Under the pieces are notes generated by a model. The model had not been told where the DNA came from. It searched no databases and worked only from the letters and a program-made list of their open reading frames with translations. Source: Candidatus Aenigmatarchaeota archaeon (GTDB lineage Archaea > Aenigmatarchaeota > Aenigmatarchaeia > CG10238-14 > SpSt-28). From it: 64,000 nucleotides of DNA. Where the stretch lies: positions 96,001 through 160,000 of the forward strand of contig JAWBAK010000001.1 of assembly GCA_038997165.1 (NCBI GenBank), in the 5' to 3' direction. A program made the translations under genes and the position numbers. Positions 47,227-57,020 of this stretch are shown here, piece by piece. Position 1 is the stretch's first letter; every line of letters starts with the position of its first letter.

Positions 47227-49758
47227 TTAATTATTTTCTATTTTTATATTTTCTTCTTTTATTAAATGATAAATTGTTGTCATTCTATTATTTATTACTA
47301 AAATTTCATCTCCTCTAACTCTATAAATTTTTCCATTTTCATCTTCTATTTCAAAAATTTTAGAAGCAATTTCTTCAAATTCGCTTTTTTCTTTTATTTC
47401 TTTTAAAACTGGAAATCTACTTCCTTCTCTATAAATTGTTACACTTTTTAATCCTTTCTTCCAAGCATAGATATATAAATCAGAAATTACTTCTGGATGT
47501 ATATCTGCTGGTAAATTAATTGTGCTTGAAATACTATGATCTACATATTTTTGGGCTATGGCTTGAATTTCTACTCTTCTAAATGGATCTATATAATGAG
47601 CAGTTTTGAAGAAACAAGAAGGTAAAACTTTCTTTAATTCATTAATATCAACATTTTGTGCAATCTCATTTAAATTATTCATATCTAAATAAGCTTGTAT
47701 TGTAGAATGGAAAACTCTAAACATTTTATTTCTTTCAAAACTTTCTGTTCTTCTTAAATAATAAATCGCAAATATTGGTTCAATTCCACCACTAACTCCA
47801 ATATATACTTTTCCATTATATTCAAAACTTTTTACAATATTTGAAATGGTTCCAGTAGGTGCAATACTTAATAAGGCTAAATTTCTTATTCCATACTTAG
47901 AAATTAATCTTCTAGTTTTTTTGCTTAATGCTTCTTTGGCAAAAGGATTTTGTAAATATTTTTCGTAATCAATATCTAACTTTCCTTTTTCTTTAGCTAA
48001 TAACGCACTATATTTGTATGCATAATTAGCTATAAACCTCATTACTTTTTCCAAAACTTTTTGAGCCTCTTCGCTATCATAATCTAAAAGTAATTGAATA
48101 AACATATCTGCAATTCCCATAACTCCTAAACCAATTCTTCTAGTTTTTCTAGAAGCTTCTCTTTGCTTTTCTAATGGATGTAGAAGAATATTCCAACTAA
48201 TTACGTTATCTAAAAATCTTATTGAATGTTTAACTACTTTCTTTAATAAATTAAAATCTATTTTTGCATTTTTAGTAAATGGATATAAAACAAATCTAGA
48301 GAGATTTATAGATCCCAAATTGCAAGCACCACCATCTTCTAACGGAACTTCACTACAAGGATTTGTAGTTATTATTGGAAATCCTACATAATCGCTAGGA
48401 CTATACTTTTTCATTCTACTCCAAAACATTATACCTGGTTCTGCAGTTTTATAATTGCTTTCAACGAATTTATTCCAAATATCTCTTGCTTTTATTAATT
48501 TTAAAATTTTACCAGTTTGCTCACTTTCAAAATATAATAGAAAATCTCCAGCATATCTTATTGCTAAATCAAAATCTTCATTTTCTAATTCTATAACATA
48601 ATCTCCAAAAATATCTCTCTTATTTACATCTTTCAAATCTTCTTCTTTAATATCAACTTTATATTTTTCTTGCAAATATTTTTTCAAATCTTCAAAACTT
48701 TCAAATATTTTTTCCAAATTATATTTTTCTATATCTTTACTAGGAATTCCGTATGAATAATGAATATCTTGAATGTTTTTTACACTTTTTATTATTCCTT
48801 TATAATTTTTTCTATAAACTAATATTTTATTTTCATATTTGTTTTGTTCCTCTAAAGCATGCATGAATTCATCACTAACTTTTATGCTTATGTTTGCAAA
48901 TCTTACTTGAGTATTTTCCATTATCTTTTTTTCAATTTCTTTTAATTCTTCTTCACTAAATTTATTTGAAAACCTTAATTCTTCAATTATTTGAGAAGTT
49001 ATCCAGTTTGGTACATGTTTAGCATCTATAAAATCAAAAACATCTGGATGTTTCACATCTATACTTAACATTAAAGCACCTCTTCTTCCTTCTTGTCCAA
49101 TTAGTCCTGTAGTTAAAGAATATAATTCCATAAAGCTTACGCTACCTGTAGATTTTAATGCAGCATTATGAACTATAGAATTTTTTGGTCTTAAAACGCT
49201 AATATCAATTCCCACTCCACCACCATAAGAATACGTTCTTGCAGCTTCGTATGCTGCTTTATAAATTCCCTCTATGCTATCATCTTCTATAATAACTACA
49301 AAACAATTAGCTAAAGTTTTAACTCTATATAAATCACCAGCACCAGCTAATACTCTTCCGCCTGGTAAAAAATATCCCTCATACATTAAGTTGTAAAAAA
49401 TTCTTGCATATTTAATTGCATTTTCCTCTTTTTCTTCTGCAGAAGCTACAAAGGATGCAACCCTTAAAAATACATGCTCTGGCCTTTCTTCAATAAAATT
49501 TCCATCTAAATCTTTTAAATAATATTTATTTTTATAAATACTTTTTGCTAATTCGTTTGTTGCTAAATAATTTGGATTTGATGGTAACAAATCTTTATCG
49601 TACATTTCTAAAAGTTTGAAATAAATTTTTTTGTACTTTTCTATTCTTTCTATACTTAAAATTTTTACAAGTTTTTTTGAAGGATTATTAAACATTTTTA
49701 ACATCTTTTGAGCTAATTTTATACTTTCTTCTTTTTTTAAAGTTTTTAGAATTTCCAT
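47227..49758 (-). CDS. nrdJa: Adenosylcobalamin-dependent (class II) ribonucleotide reductase, catalytic part
   Basis: LANCFV, GGGVG, RRGALM, TNPCSEVPL, CNLGSINL, RRIGLGVMG, IAPTGTIS, SSTIN, TIYREGSR. Confidence 0.95.
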   Translation of the reverse strand: MEILKTLKKEESIKLAQKMLKMFNNPSKKLVKILSIERIEKYKKIYFKLLEMYDKDLLPSNPNYLATNELAKSIYKNKYYLKDLDGNFIEERPEHVFLRVASFVASAEEKEENAIKYARIFYNLMYEGYFLPGGRVLAGAGDLYRVKTLANCFVVIIEDDSIEGIYKAAYEAARTYSYGGGVGIDISVLRPKNSIVHNAALKSTGSVSFMELYSLTTGLIGQEGRRGALMLSIDVKHPDVFDFIDAKHVPNWITSQIIEELRFSNKFSEEELKEIEKKIMENTQVRFANISIKVSDEFMHALEEQNKYENKILVYRKNYKGIIKSVKNIQDIHYSYGIPSKDIEKYNLEKIFESFEDLKKYLQEKYKVDIKEEDLKDVNKRDIFGDYVIELENEDFDLAIRYAGDFLLYFESEQTGKILKLIKARDIWNKFVESNYKTAEPGIMFWSRMKKYSPSDYVGFPIITTNPCSEVPLEDGGACNLGSINLSRFVLYPFTKNAKIDFNLLKKVVKHSIRFLDNVISWNILLHPLEKQREASRKTRRIGLGVMGIADMFIQLLLDYDSEEAQKVLEKVMRFIANYAYKYSALLAKEKGKLDIDYEKYLQNPFAKEALSKKTRRLISKYGIRNLALLSIAPTGTISNIVKSFEYNGKVYIGVSGGIEPIFAIYYLRRTESFERNKMFRVFHSTIQAYLDMNNLNEIAQNVDINELKKVLPSCFFKTAHYIDPFRRVEIQAIAQKYVDHSISSTINLPADIHPEVISDLYIYAWKKGLKSVTIYREGSRFPVLKEIKEKSEFEEIASKIFEIEDENGKIYRVRGDEILVINNRMTTIYHLIKEENIKIENN

Positions 49759-49802
49759 AGTAGTATATACTACTAAGAATTTTTATAAATTTCTATAATA
49801 TT

Positions 49803-50780
49803 ATGGCAGAATTTGTTATATGGGCAGAAAAGTATAGACCAAATAGAATAGATGATCTAATAGATCAAGAACATGTAAAAGAGAGAGTAAAAATGTTTTT
49901 AAAAGAAAAAAATTTGCCACATATGTTATTTGCAGGCCCACCAGGAACTGGAAAAACTACATTGGCTCTAATAATTGCAAAAGAATTATATGGAGAAAAT
50001 TGGAAAGCAAATGTTTTAGAACTGAATGCTTCTGATGAAAGAGGAATAGATGTTATTAGAGGGAAAGTAAAAGAATTTGCAAGAACAAAAGCTATTGGAG
50101 ATGTTCCTTTCAAAATAATTATAATGGATGAAGCAGATGCATTAACTCAAGAGGCTCAACAAGCATTAAGAAGAACAATGGAAGATTTTTCTTCAGTTAC
50201 AAGATTTATATTATGCTGTAACTATTCTTCTAAAATAATTGAACCTATTCAATCTAGATGTGCTGTTTTTAGATTTAAAGCATTACCAGAAAAAGCTCAA
50301 AGAGAATTTATAGATAGAATTGTTAAAGGAGAAAATTTAGAAATAGATGAAAAAGCGATAGAAGCAATAATTAATATTGCTGAAGGTGATTTAAGAAAGG
50401 TTGCAAATTTATTACAAGCAGCTGCTTCAATATCTAAAAAAATTACTGCAGATATAATATATGAAGTTGCTTCGTTGGCTAAGCCAAAAGAAATTGAGGA
50501 AATGCTAAATTTAGCATTATCTGGAACAATTGAAGGATTTAACAAAGCAAGAGAAAAATTAATATATTTTATAATTAAAGAAGGTTTGGCTGGAGAAGAT
50601 TTAATAAAAGAAATTTATAGACAAGCATTGAAATTAAATATTCAAGATGATAAAAAAATAGAATTAATAGAAAAAATTGGAGAGTATGAATTTAGAATTA
50701 ATGAAGGTGGAGATGCATTAATTCAATTAACAGCTTTATTGGCTCAAATAAGTTTAATTGGAAAATCTATTAAGAAATGA
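49803..50780 (+). CDS. rfcS: Replication factor C small subunit
   Basis: [40 protein letters not shown]. Confidence 0.97.
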   Translation: MAEFVIWAEKYRPNRIDDLIDQEHVKERVKMFLKEKNLPHMLFAGPPGTGKTTLALIIAKELYGENWKANVLELNASDERGIDVIRGKVKEFARTKAIGDVPFKIIIMDEADALTQEAQQALRRTMEDFSSVTRFILCCNYSSKIIEPIQSRCAVFRFKALPEKAQREFIDRIVKGENLEIDEKAIEAIINIAEGDLRKVANLLQAAASISKKITADIIYEVASLAKPKEIEEMLNLALSGTIEGFNKAREKLIYFIIKEGLAGEDLIKEIYRQALKLNIQDDKKIELIEKIGEYEFRINEGGDALIQLTALLAQISLIGKSIKK

Positions 50781-50977
50781 TAGATAGAGAATTATTAGAT
50801 ATTTTAGCTTGTCCAAAATGTAAAGGAGATTTAGAATTAAAAGAAATGTTTTTAGTATGTTATAATTGTAAATTGGCTTTTCCTATTTTAGATGATGTTC
50901 CAGATTTATTATTAGAAGATGCTTGGAAATTAGAAGATGCTGAAAAAAATAATTTTAAACACCAACTTCACTTATGA
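50777..50977 (+). CDS. trm112: Trm112-family protein
   Basis: [14 protein letters not shown]...C..C...FPI.DDVP.LL. Confidence 0.88.
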   Translation: MIDRELLDILACPKCKGDLELKEMFLVCYNCKLAFPILDDVPDLLLEDAWKLEDAEKNNFKHQLHL

Positions 50978-51749
50978 TTTTTTTATATAAATTTCTTGCT
51001 TTTTCATAACTTTTCATATCGTTAATTGGTAACCAAATATCGTGCGAAACAAATAGGCTATATAATTTTCTTTCTTTTGATAATTTAGGTAATATTATAT
51101 CTTCAAATTCTATTGATTTCGACTCATTTAAATCGATATATTCATCTATTAAATCTATTACTTCTTTTTCTAATAAATACATTCCTATAGATACAAAAAC
51201 ATTCATTAATGGTTTTTCAACAAAATCTATAATAAAGTTATTTTCTACTTTTGCAACCCCAAAAGGAAATTCAAAACCATTAGTTAATACAATTGTTCCT
51301 AAGATATCATATCTTTTTCTAACTTCTAAATGGGTTAATAATAATTTAATTGGTAAGAAATTATCTAATTTTAAATCATCTGGAAAAGATATCATAATTC
51401 TTTCTCTTTTCAAAATTCCTACTTCATATGCATATTTTAATGCTTTTCCTTTTCCCCAATTACTTGTTTTAGGATCTATGCAAATTTCATAATTTATTTT
51501 ATCTCTATAGTTTCTTTTTTCTAAATGATCTATTATTTGATCTGCATATTTTCCAAGCAAAAATATGAAATTTTTAAATCCACAACTAAAATATAAATCA
51601 ATTTCTTTATCTAAGAGCGTATAATTTTCAGAAAGCTCTAATAAAGCTTTAGGTTTATCTATATTCATTCTTTTCCCACTTCCACCAGCTAAAATTACTA
51701 CTTTTGTATCTTTAATTTCTTTATCAATTTCTTTAAAAACATTACTCAT
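50955..51749 (-). CDS. NTP-transferase / NDP-sugar synthase family protein
   Basis: VILAGGSGKRM...PKAL, FGV, FVEKP, IGMY. Confidence 0.88.
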   Translation of the reverse strand: MSNVFKEIDKEIKDTKVVILAGGSGKRMNIDKPKALLELSENYTLLDKEIDLYFSCGFKNFIFLLGKYADQIIDHLEKRNYRDKINYEICIDPKTSNWGKGKALKYAYEVGILKRERIMISFPDDLKLDNFLPIKLLLTHLEVRKRYDILGTIVLTNGFEFPFGVAKVENNFIIDFVEKPLMNVFVSIGMYLLEKEVIDLIDEYIDLNESKSIEFEDIILPKLSKERKLYSLFVSHDIWLPINDMKSYEKARNLYKKIISEVGV

Positions 51750-51784
51750 ATTATATTTATTTTTTAAATACTAATTTAAAAAGT

Positions 51785-52192
51785 ATGATATTAGGTTATT
51801 CCATAACATATTTGAATGCAGAAAAATTTGAAATAAAGGAAAATATAAATAAGCTTGATATAAATACAAATTTAAATATAAAAAATATACAAGAAATGAA
51901 AGTTCAGCAAGAGAAAAAACAACAAAAAGTATTAAAAGTAGATTTCGAATTTTTGATTAATTATGAACCTAAAATTGGAGAAATTAGAATAGAAGGTTAT
52001 TTAATTTATTCTGGAAAAAATATTGAAGAAATATTAGAAAAATGGCAAAAGGATAAAAAAATTGAAAACAAAGAATTTGAAATAGAAGTAAAAAATTTTA
52101 TATTAAGAAGGGGTGTTATAATCTCGACATTTTTAAGTGAATACCTTGCTATTCATCCACCAATACCAATACCTCAAATTTTACCTAAATAA
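51785..52192 (+). CDS. Conserved archaeal hypothetical protein
   Basis: FEFLINYEPKIGEIRIEG...W...PPIPIP pattern; operonic with downstream genes. Confidence 0.7.
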   Translation: MILGYSITYLNAEKFEIKENINKLDINTNLNIKNIQEMKVQQEKKQQKVLKVDFEFLINYEPKIGEIRIEGYLIYSGKNIEEILEKWQKDKKIENKEFEIEVKNFILRRGVIISTFLSEYLAIHPPIPIPQILPK

Positions 52193-52196
52193 TTTA

Positions 52197-52661
52197 ATGT
52201 TAGAAGAGTTATTAAAAGATTTATCATATTTGGGTTTTTTTATAGCTGGTTTAATAAGCTCTTCAACAATTTTTTTCCCTATACCATTTTATTTTTTAAT
52301 AGTAATTTCGTCAAAATTGGGATTAAATCCTTATATAGCTGCATTATTTAGTGCGGCTGGAGCTACATTAGGAGAATTAACATCATACTTTGTTGGTCAA
52401 GGTATTTCTTCTTATGTATGGAATAAATTAAAAGAAAATAAAACATACAAAAAAATGATAAAATTATTTGAAAAATATGGAAGCTGGATATTAATAGTTT
52501 TTTCTTCTTCTCCTTTACCTTTTGATTTTATTGGAATCATGTGTGGATTTTTAAAATATGATTTAAAAAAATTTTTAATAATAACATTTATAGGTAAGTT
52601 ATTTAAAATGTTAATAATAGCTTATTTTGGAGAAATTGCATTACATTATATAGGATGGTAA
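52197..52661 (+). CDS. VTT/DedA-like (YqaA) membrane protein
   Basis: Likely ATG 52197; FFPIP, GATLGELTSYFVG, SPLPFDFIGI, IGKLFK. Confidence 0.85.
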   Translation: MLEELLKDLSYLGFFIAGLISSSTIFFPIPFYFLIVISSKLGLNPYIAALFSAAGATLGELTSYFVGQGISSYVWNKLKENKTYKKMIKLFEKYGSWILIVFSSSPLPFDFIGIMCGFLKYDLKKFLIITFIGKLFKMLIIAYFGEIALHYIGW

Positions 52662-53005
52662 AAGAAATAAAGCAAGTAATAGTTATTAGAACTGATTTAG
52701 AAATGGGAAAAGGAAAAATGATATCTCAAGCATGTCATGCAAGTTTAGAAGCTTATAAATTAGCTCCGCCATATTTTAAAAATAAATGGAAATTTTTTGG
52801 ATATAAAAAAGTGGTTTTAAAAGTTTCTAGTTTAGAAGAATTATTAAAAATATATGAAGAAGCAAAAAAAGAAAAAATACCTTGTGTATTAATAAAAGAT
52901 GCTGGAAAAACTCAATTAGAAAGTGGAACTATTACTTGCGTTGCACTTGGTCCATACTATTCAGAAAAAATTGATAAAATTACAAAAAATTTAAAATTAT
53001 TATGA
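52655..53005 (+). CDS. pth2: Peptidyl-tRNA hydrolase Pth2
   Basis: KQVIVIRTDL.MGKGK..SQACHA, KKVVLK, DAGKTQ, LGP, DKIT..LKLL. Confidence 0.96.
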   Translation: MVKEIKQVIVIRTDLEMGKGKMISQACHASLEAYKLAPPYFKNKWKFFGYKKVVLKVSSLEELLKIYEEAKKEKIPCVLIKDAGKTQLESGTITCVALGPYYSEKIDKITKNLKLL

Positions 53006-53118
53006 AAAGAAAAAAGAAAAGAATAGAAAAAGAAATCGAAGAATTTGCATTAAAAGAATTTTATAAATTTATTAAGAAGATAAGAAAAAATGAAAAAAAT
53101 TTAAAGTATATTGGCTAG
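53002..53118 (+). CDS. Possible 38-aa basic peptide ending KYIG (not in ORF track)
   Basis: ATGA overlap with pth2; [41 protein letters not shown]; fills the gap to cdc48. Confidence 0.45.
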   Translation: MKRKKKRIEKEIEEFALKEFYKFIKKIRKNEKNLKYIG

Positions 53119-55403
53119 CCGATATATCTTTCCTTTCTCTTCTCTGTTTCCATTACTTTTCTTTTTAATCTTTCTTCGAACTTTTTATAAAATTCTATCA
53201 TTTCCTTAGAAATAGATGGTTTTACAATTTCTAATGCCTTTTCAAAATGAATTGCTTTGACTAACATTTTTTCTGGCTCTATCTTTTTTTCTATAGCTTC
53301 TCTTAAAGCTAAAATAGCAGCTTCTTTACATATTGCTTCTAAATCAGCTCCACTATAATTTTCTGTTTTTTCTGCAATTTTTTCTAAATCAACATCTTTA
53401 TCTAATGGCATGTTTCTTGTATGAATTTTAAGAATTTCTAATCTGCCTTTTGCATCTGGTGGGGGAACATAAATTAATCTATCAAATCTTCCTGGCCTTA
53501 ATAATGCTGGATCTAATATATCTGGCCTATTTGTAGCTGCAATAACTACTACATTTTTTAAATCTTTTATTCCACTCATTTCCGTTAATAATTGTGCAAC
53601 TACATTTTCTGTAACCCTCGTACCAACTTCTAATCCTCTCATAGGAGCAATAGCATCTATTTCGTCTATAAAAATAATGCTTGGAGCAACTTCTCTTGCT
53701 TTTCTAAATATCTCTCTTATTGCTCTTTCGCTTTCGCCAACCCACTTACTAAATATTTCTGGTCCTTTAATAGCAATAAAGTTTGCTCCGCTTTCGTTTG
53801 CAACTGCCTTAGCTAATAATGTTTTTCCTGTTCCTGGTGGACCATATAATAATACTCCTTTTGGAGGTTCTATACCTAATCTTTCAAAATGTTTTGGATA
53901 TTTTAATGGCCATTCAACTATTTCCCTTAATTTTTGTTTTACTTCTTCTAATCCACCAATATCTTCCCATTTAACTTTCGGAACTTCTACAAAAACTTCT
54001 CTCATTGCGCTTGGTTGAACAACTCTTAATGCATATTCAAAATCTTCCTTTTTAACGACCAATTTTTCTAGAACTTCTCTTGGAATTTCTCCTTCTTTAT
54101 AATTTTGAATTTCTGGTAAAACTCTTCTTAATGCATGCATAGCAGCTTCTTTGCATAAAGCAGCCAAATCTGCACCTACATAACCATGAGTAATTTCTGC
54201 AATTTTTTCTAAATCAACATCTTTATCTAATGGCATGTTTCTTGTATGAATTTTAAGAATTTCTAATCTACCTTTTGCATCTGGTGGAGGTACTTCTATT
54301 TCTCTATCAAATCTTCCAGGTCTTCTTAATGCTGGATCTAATGCATTTGGTCTATTAGTTGCTCCAATAACAATAACTTTTCCTCTACTTTTTAATCCAT
54401 CCATTAAAGCTAATAATTGAGCTACTATTCTCTTTTCAACTTCACCAACAACTTCTTCTCTTTTAGGAGCAACAGCATCTATTTCATCTATAAAAATAAT
54501 GCTTGGGGCATTTTTTTCTGCTTCTTCAAAAATATCTCTTAATCTTTTTTCGCTTTCTCCAAACCATTTACTCATTATTTCAGGACCATTAATAGAAATA
54601 AAATATGCTCCGCTTTCGTTTGCAACTGCCTTAGCTAATAATGTTTTTCCTGTTCCTGGTGGACCATATAATAATACTCCTTTTGGAGGTTCTATACCTA
54701 ATCTTTCAAAAATTTCTGGATGTCTTAGAGGTAATTCAACTATTTCTCTTAATTTTTGTTTTACTTCTTCTAAATCTCCAATATCTTCCCAAGTAATTCT
54801 TGGAATTCCTTTTTCTTCTATTTCTATAAATTTCGGTTTTTCTTTCAAAACTTCTATTACAGTTTCATCATCAATAACTACAATTCCAGAAGGTTCAGTA
54901 TTTACTACGTAAAAAGTTATTTGTGGAAATGGATTAAAGAAAAAGAAATCTTCTATATCTTCTCCAAAAATTGTAGATAAAAATTCGTCTCTTCTTCTAT
55001 GCACTGGAGAAGGAACTATTAAATCTCCCTTAATTACAGGCCTTTTTAAAAGGCTTTGCTTTAAATAAGAAATACTAGCTGTAAATATTTTTTCTTCAGC
55101 AGGAGCTAATATAACTTTTTTTGCAATTTTATATTCTGCTTTTCTAACTTTTACGTTTTCTCCAACAGAAACTCTAGCATTTCTTCTTGTAATTCCATCC
55201 ATTCTTATTATATTTAAACCTATATCTGCGGGATAAGCTCTTAAAGCAATTGCAGCTGTTTTTCTTTTTCCTTCTATTTCTACTATTTCCCCTTCTCTAA
55301 CTCCTATTTTTAATAAATTGTTTGAATCAATTCTAACAATTCCTTTATAGGATTCTTCTTTTGCAGTTAATTCTCCAACTCTTAATATAAGCTCTTCTGG
55401 CAT
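53115..55403 (-). CDS. cdc48: CDC48/VAT AAA+ ATPase
   Basis: N-domain plus two AAA modules ([21 protein letters not shown]); C-terminal YIG. Confidence 0.97.
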   Translation of the reverse strand: MPEELILRVGELTAKEESYKGIVRIDSNNLLKIGVREGEIVEIEGKRKTAAIALRAYPADIGLNIIRMDGITRRNARVSVGENVKVRKAEYKIAKKVILAPAEEKIFTASISYLKQSLLKRPVIKGDLIVPSPVHRRRDEFLSTIFGEDIEDFFFFNPFPQITFYVVNTEPSGIVVIDDETVIEVLKEKPKFIEIEEKGIPRITWEDIGDLEEVKQKLREIVELPLRHPEIFERLGIEPPKGVLLYGPPGTGKTLLAKAVANESGAYFISINGPEIMSKWFGESEKRLRDIFEEAEKNAPSIIFIDEIDAVAPKREEVVGEVEKRIVAQLLALMDGLKSRGKVIVIGATNRPNALDPALRRPGRFDREIEVPPPDAKGRLEILKIHTRNMPLDKDVDLEKIAEITHGYVGADLAALCKEAAMHALRRVLPEIQNYKEGEIPREVLEKLVVKKEDFEYALRVVQPSAMREVFVEVPKVKWEDIGGLEEVKQKLREIVEWPLKYPKHFERLGIEPPKGVLLYGPPGTGKTLLAKAVANESGANFIAIKGPEIFSKWVGESERAIREIFRKAREVAPSIIFIDEIDAIAPMRGLEVGTRVTENVVAQLLTEMSGIKDLKNVVVIAATNRPDILDPALLRPGRFDRLIYVPPPDAKGRLEILKIHTRNMPLDKDVDLEKIAEKTENYSGADLEAICKEAAILALREAIEKKIEPEKMLVKAIHFEKALEIVKPSISKEMIEFYKKFEERLKRKVMETEKRKERYIG
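53369..54711. repeat. Near-identical nucleotide blocks shared by the cdc48 D1 and D2 modules
   Basis: 53784-53889 = 54606-54711 (106 bp identical); 53369-53462 vs 54194-54287 (94 bp, one mismatch seen). Confidence 0.9.
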
Positions 55404-55455
55404 AATATTTTAGAGTTTAAGTTTTTTATTTAATAATTAGTTGTATTTAATAACT

Positions 55456-56970
55456 TTAAACCTCAATATTTACACTTCTAATTCCAACTAACATATTTGG
55501 ACAAGCATCTATACAATAAATTTCTATTTTCTTAATTATTCCTTTTGGTAAATCTGTTAAATAAATTTCTTTTGATTCTCCAGAATTAAAATTTTTATCG
55601 AGAGTAATATTTCTAGTAATTATTTTTTCATCTTCATAGATTAATTTTATTAAATATCTTTTACCTAAATCGATACCTAAATTTATCATAGTTAGTTTTA
55701 TTATTGGTGAAGTTTCTTCGGTTTGTAGGGAAATTGTTGGTTCTGGATATGAATATTTTCTAACCAACGCTCTTCCAGGATAATTTAATGTTGAATAACC
55801 ATAGTTATTGTATAAATCTAAAATTTCTTCTTGAGTTAAAGCTCTGTTGTAAATTCTAACTTCATCTATTATGCCTTTAAACCAATAAAAAGTTGGAGAT
55901 GTGGGGTAAGAAGCACCAATAGTTATTCCTCTATCGTTCGTATAAATTGGTTGAGGAGTTATTGAAGCTACTTTTTTAGAATACCATTTAAATAAACATG
56001 ATAGGTTCCTGTTGAGCTGTCATAATCAACTACTATATGATTCCAAGCATCGTAGCTAATAGGAACTGAAGCTTCTATAAGAAACCAACTTGTTCCATTA
56101 CCTAAATACCATCTTATCGTTCCTTGAGAAATAGCAAGAAAGTATGTAAATGTTCGCCCAGTTATAATAACTTCAAAATTCCCAGTATTAATGCATTTAA
56201 CCCATGCTGAGATTGCTATCTTATCTGTTAATCGTAAAGTTGGTGAATCTGGAATTCCTACATAATCATCCACTCCATCAAAACTTAAAGCTTTATTAAA
56301 CGGAGAATCTACAAAAGTAGCTCCATAAATTGTTCCATTGTTATTATTTCCACTATAATCATAAACTATATTTCCACTACCTTCATCAAAAGGTAAATAT
56401 AGAACTAATCCATCAATTTCTCTAATAAATACATTTTTAACATTAGATAAAGAATTAGCATTTGGGTTTCCATAATACAAATAAATTATTTTATTTGAAT
56501 TACTAGGAATATTTGGTATTTTTACCCAAATTTTTGTATTTTCTGTATTGCAAGTATTTGGTTCTATCCAATAATTTAATAAAGTTATTCCATCACTATC
56601 TGTAAATCTAATATCTCCACAATCACTTCTCATTTTTCCTTGAGAAATTAAACTTGCAGTATCTAATGTTACTAAAATTTGATAATCAGTTAAATTATTT
56701 CCTGAATTTTCTTTAATTTTTATTGGAATTCTATATTTAAAATCTTTATAAGCATAGCTATCAATTCTTGCTTTTGAACACTCAACAATAGATTTTATTG
56801 TTGTTTCTTCTGTTTCAGAAGTTAATTTTGAAATATATCCACTAAAATATAAATAAAGAATAGCTCCAATTCCAATAGTTATAACAAGAATTATAATTGT
56901 TGCAATATATGCAGAAATTAATTTTTTAAAACTCGAGTTTTTATATATATATATTCACGTTTAGTTTCAT
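55456..56970 (-). pseudogene. Type IV pilin-like N-terminus + DUF2341 + LamG protein, interrupted at two slippage-prone sites
   Basis: Frame upstream of 56633 gives KKLISAYIATIIILVITIGIG...YRIPIKIKENSG..LTDYQ. After the TAG at 55968 the -1 frame continues FKGIIDEVRIYNRALT.EEI...VRKYSYPEP into ORF 55456..55767. Reconstructed length about 505 aa. Confidence 0.85.
56942..56954. repeat. (TA)n microsatellite in the 5' end of the pilin-LamG gene
   Basis: tatatatatatat; +1 unit puts ATG 56970 in frame, -1 unit puts ATG 56995 in frame. Confidence 0.8.
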
Positions 56971-57020
56971 GTAATTTAAATTTATTGAAATTCATAAAAA
57001 TAAAAATTTAAATAATTTAT

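Noticed and set aside
47227..55403. Inteins in nrdJ, rfcS or cdc48 (also checked lhr and topA)
   Set aside because: No Cys/Ser...His-Asn splice junctions or LAGLIDADG motifs; lengths are normal apart from the RNR insert.
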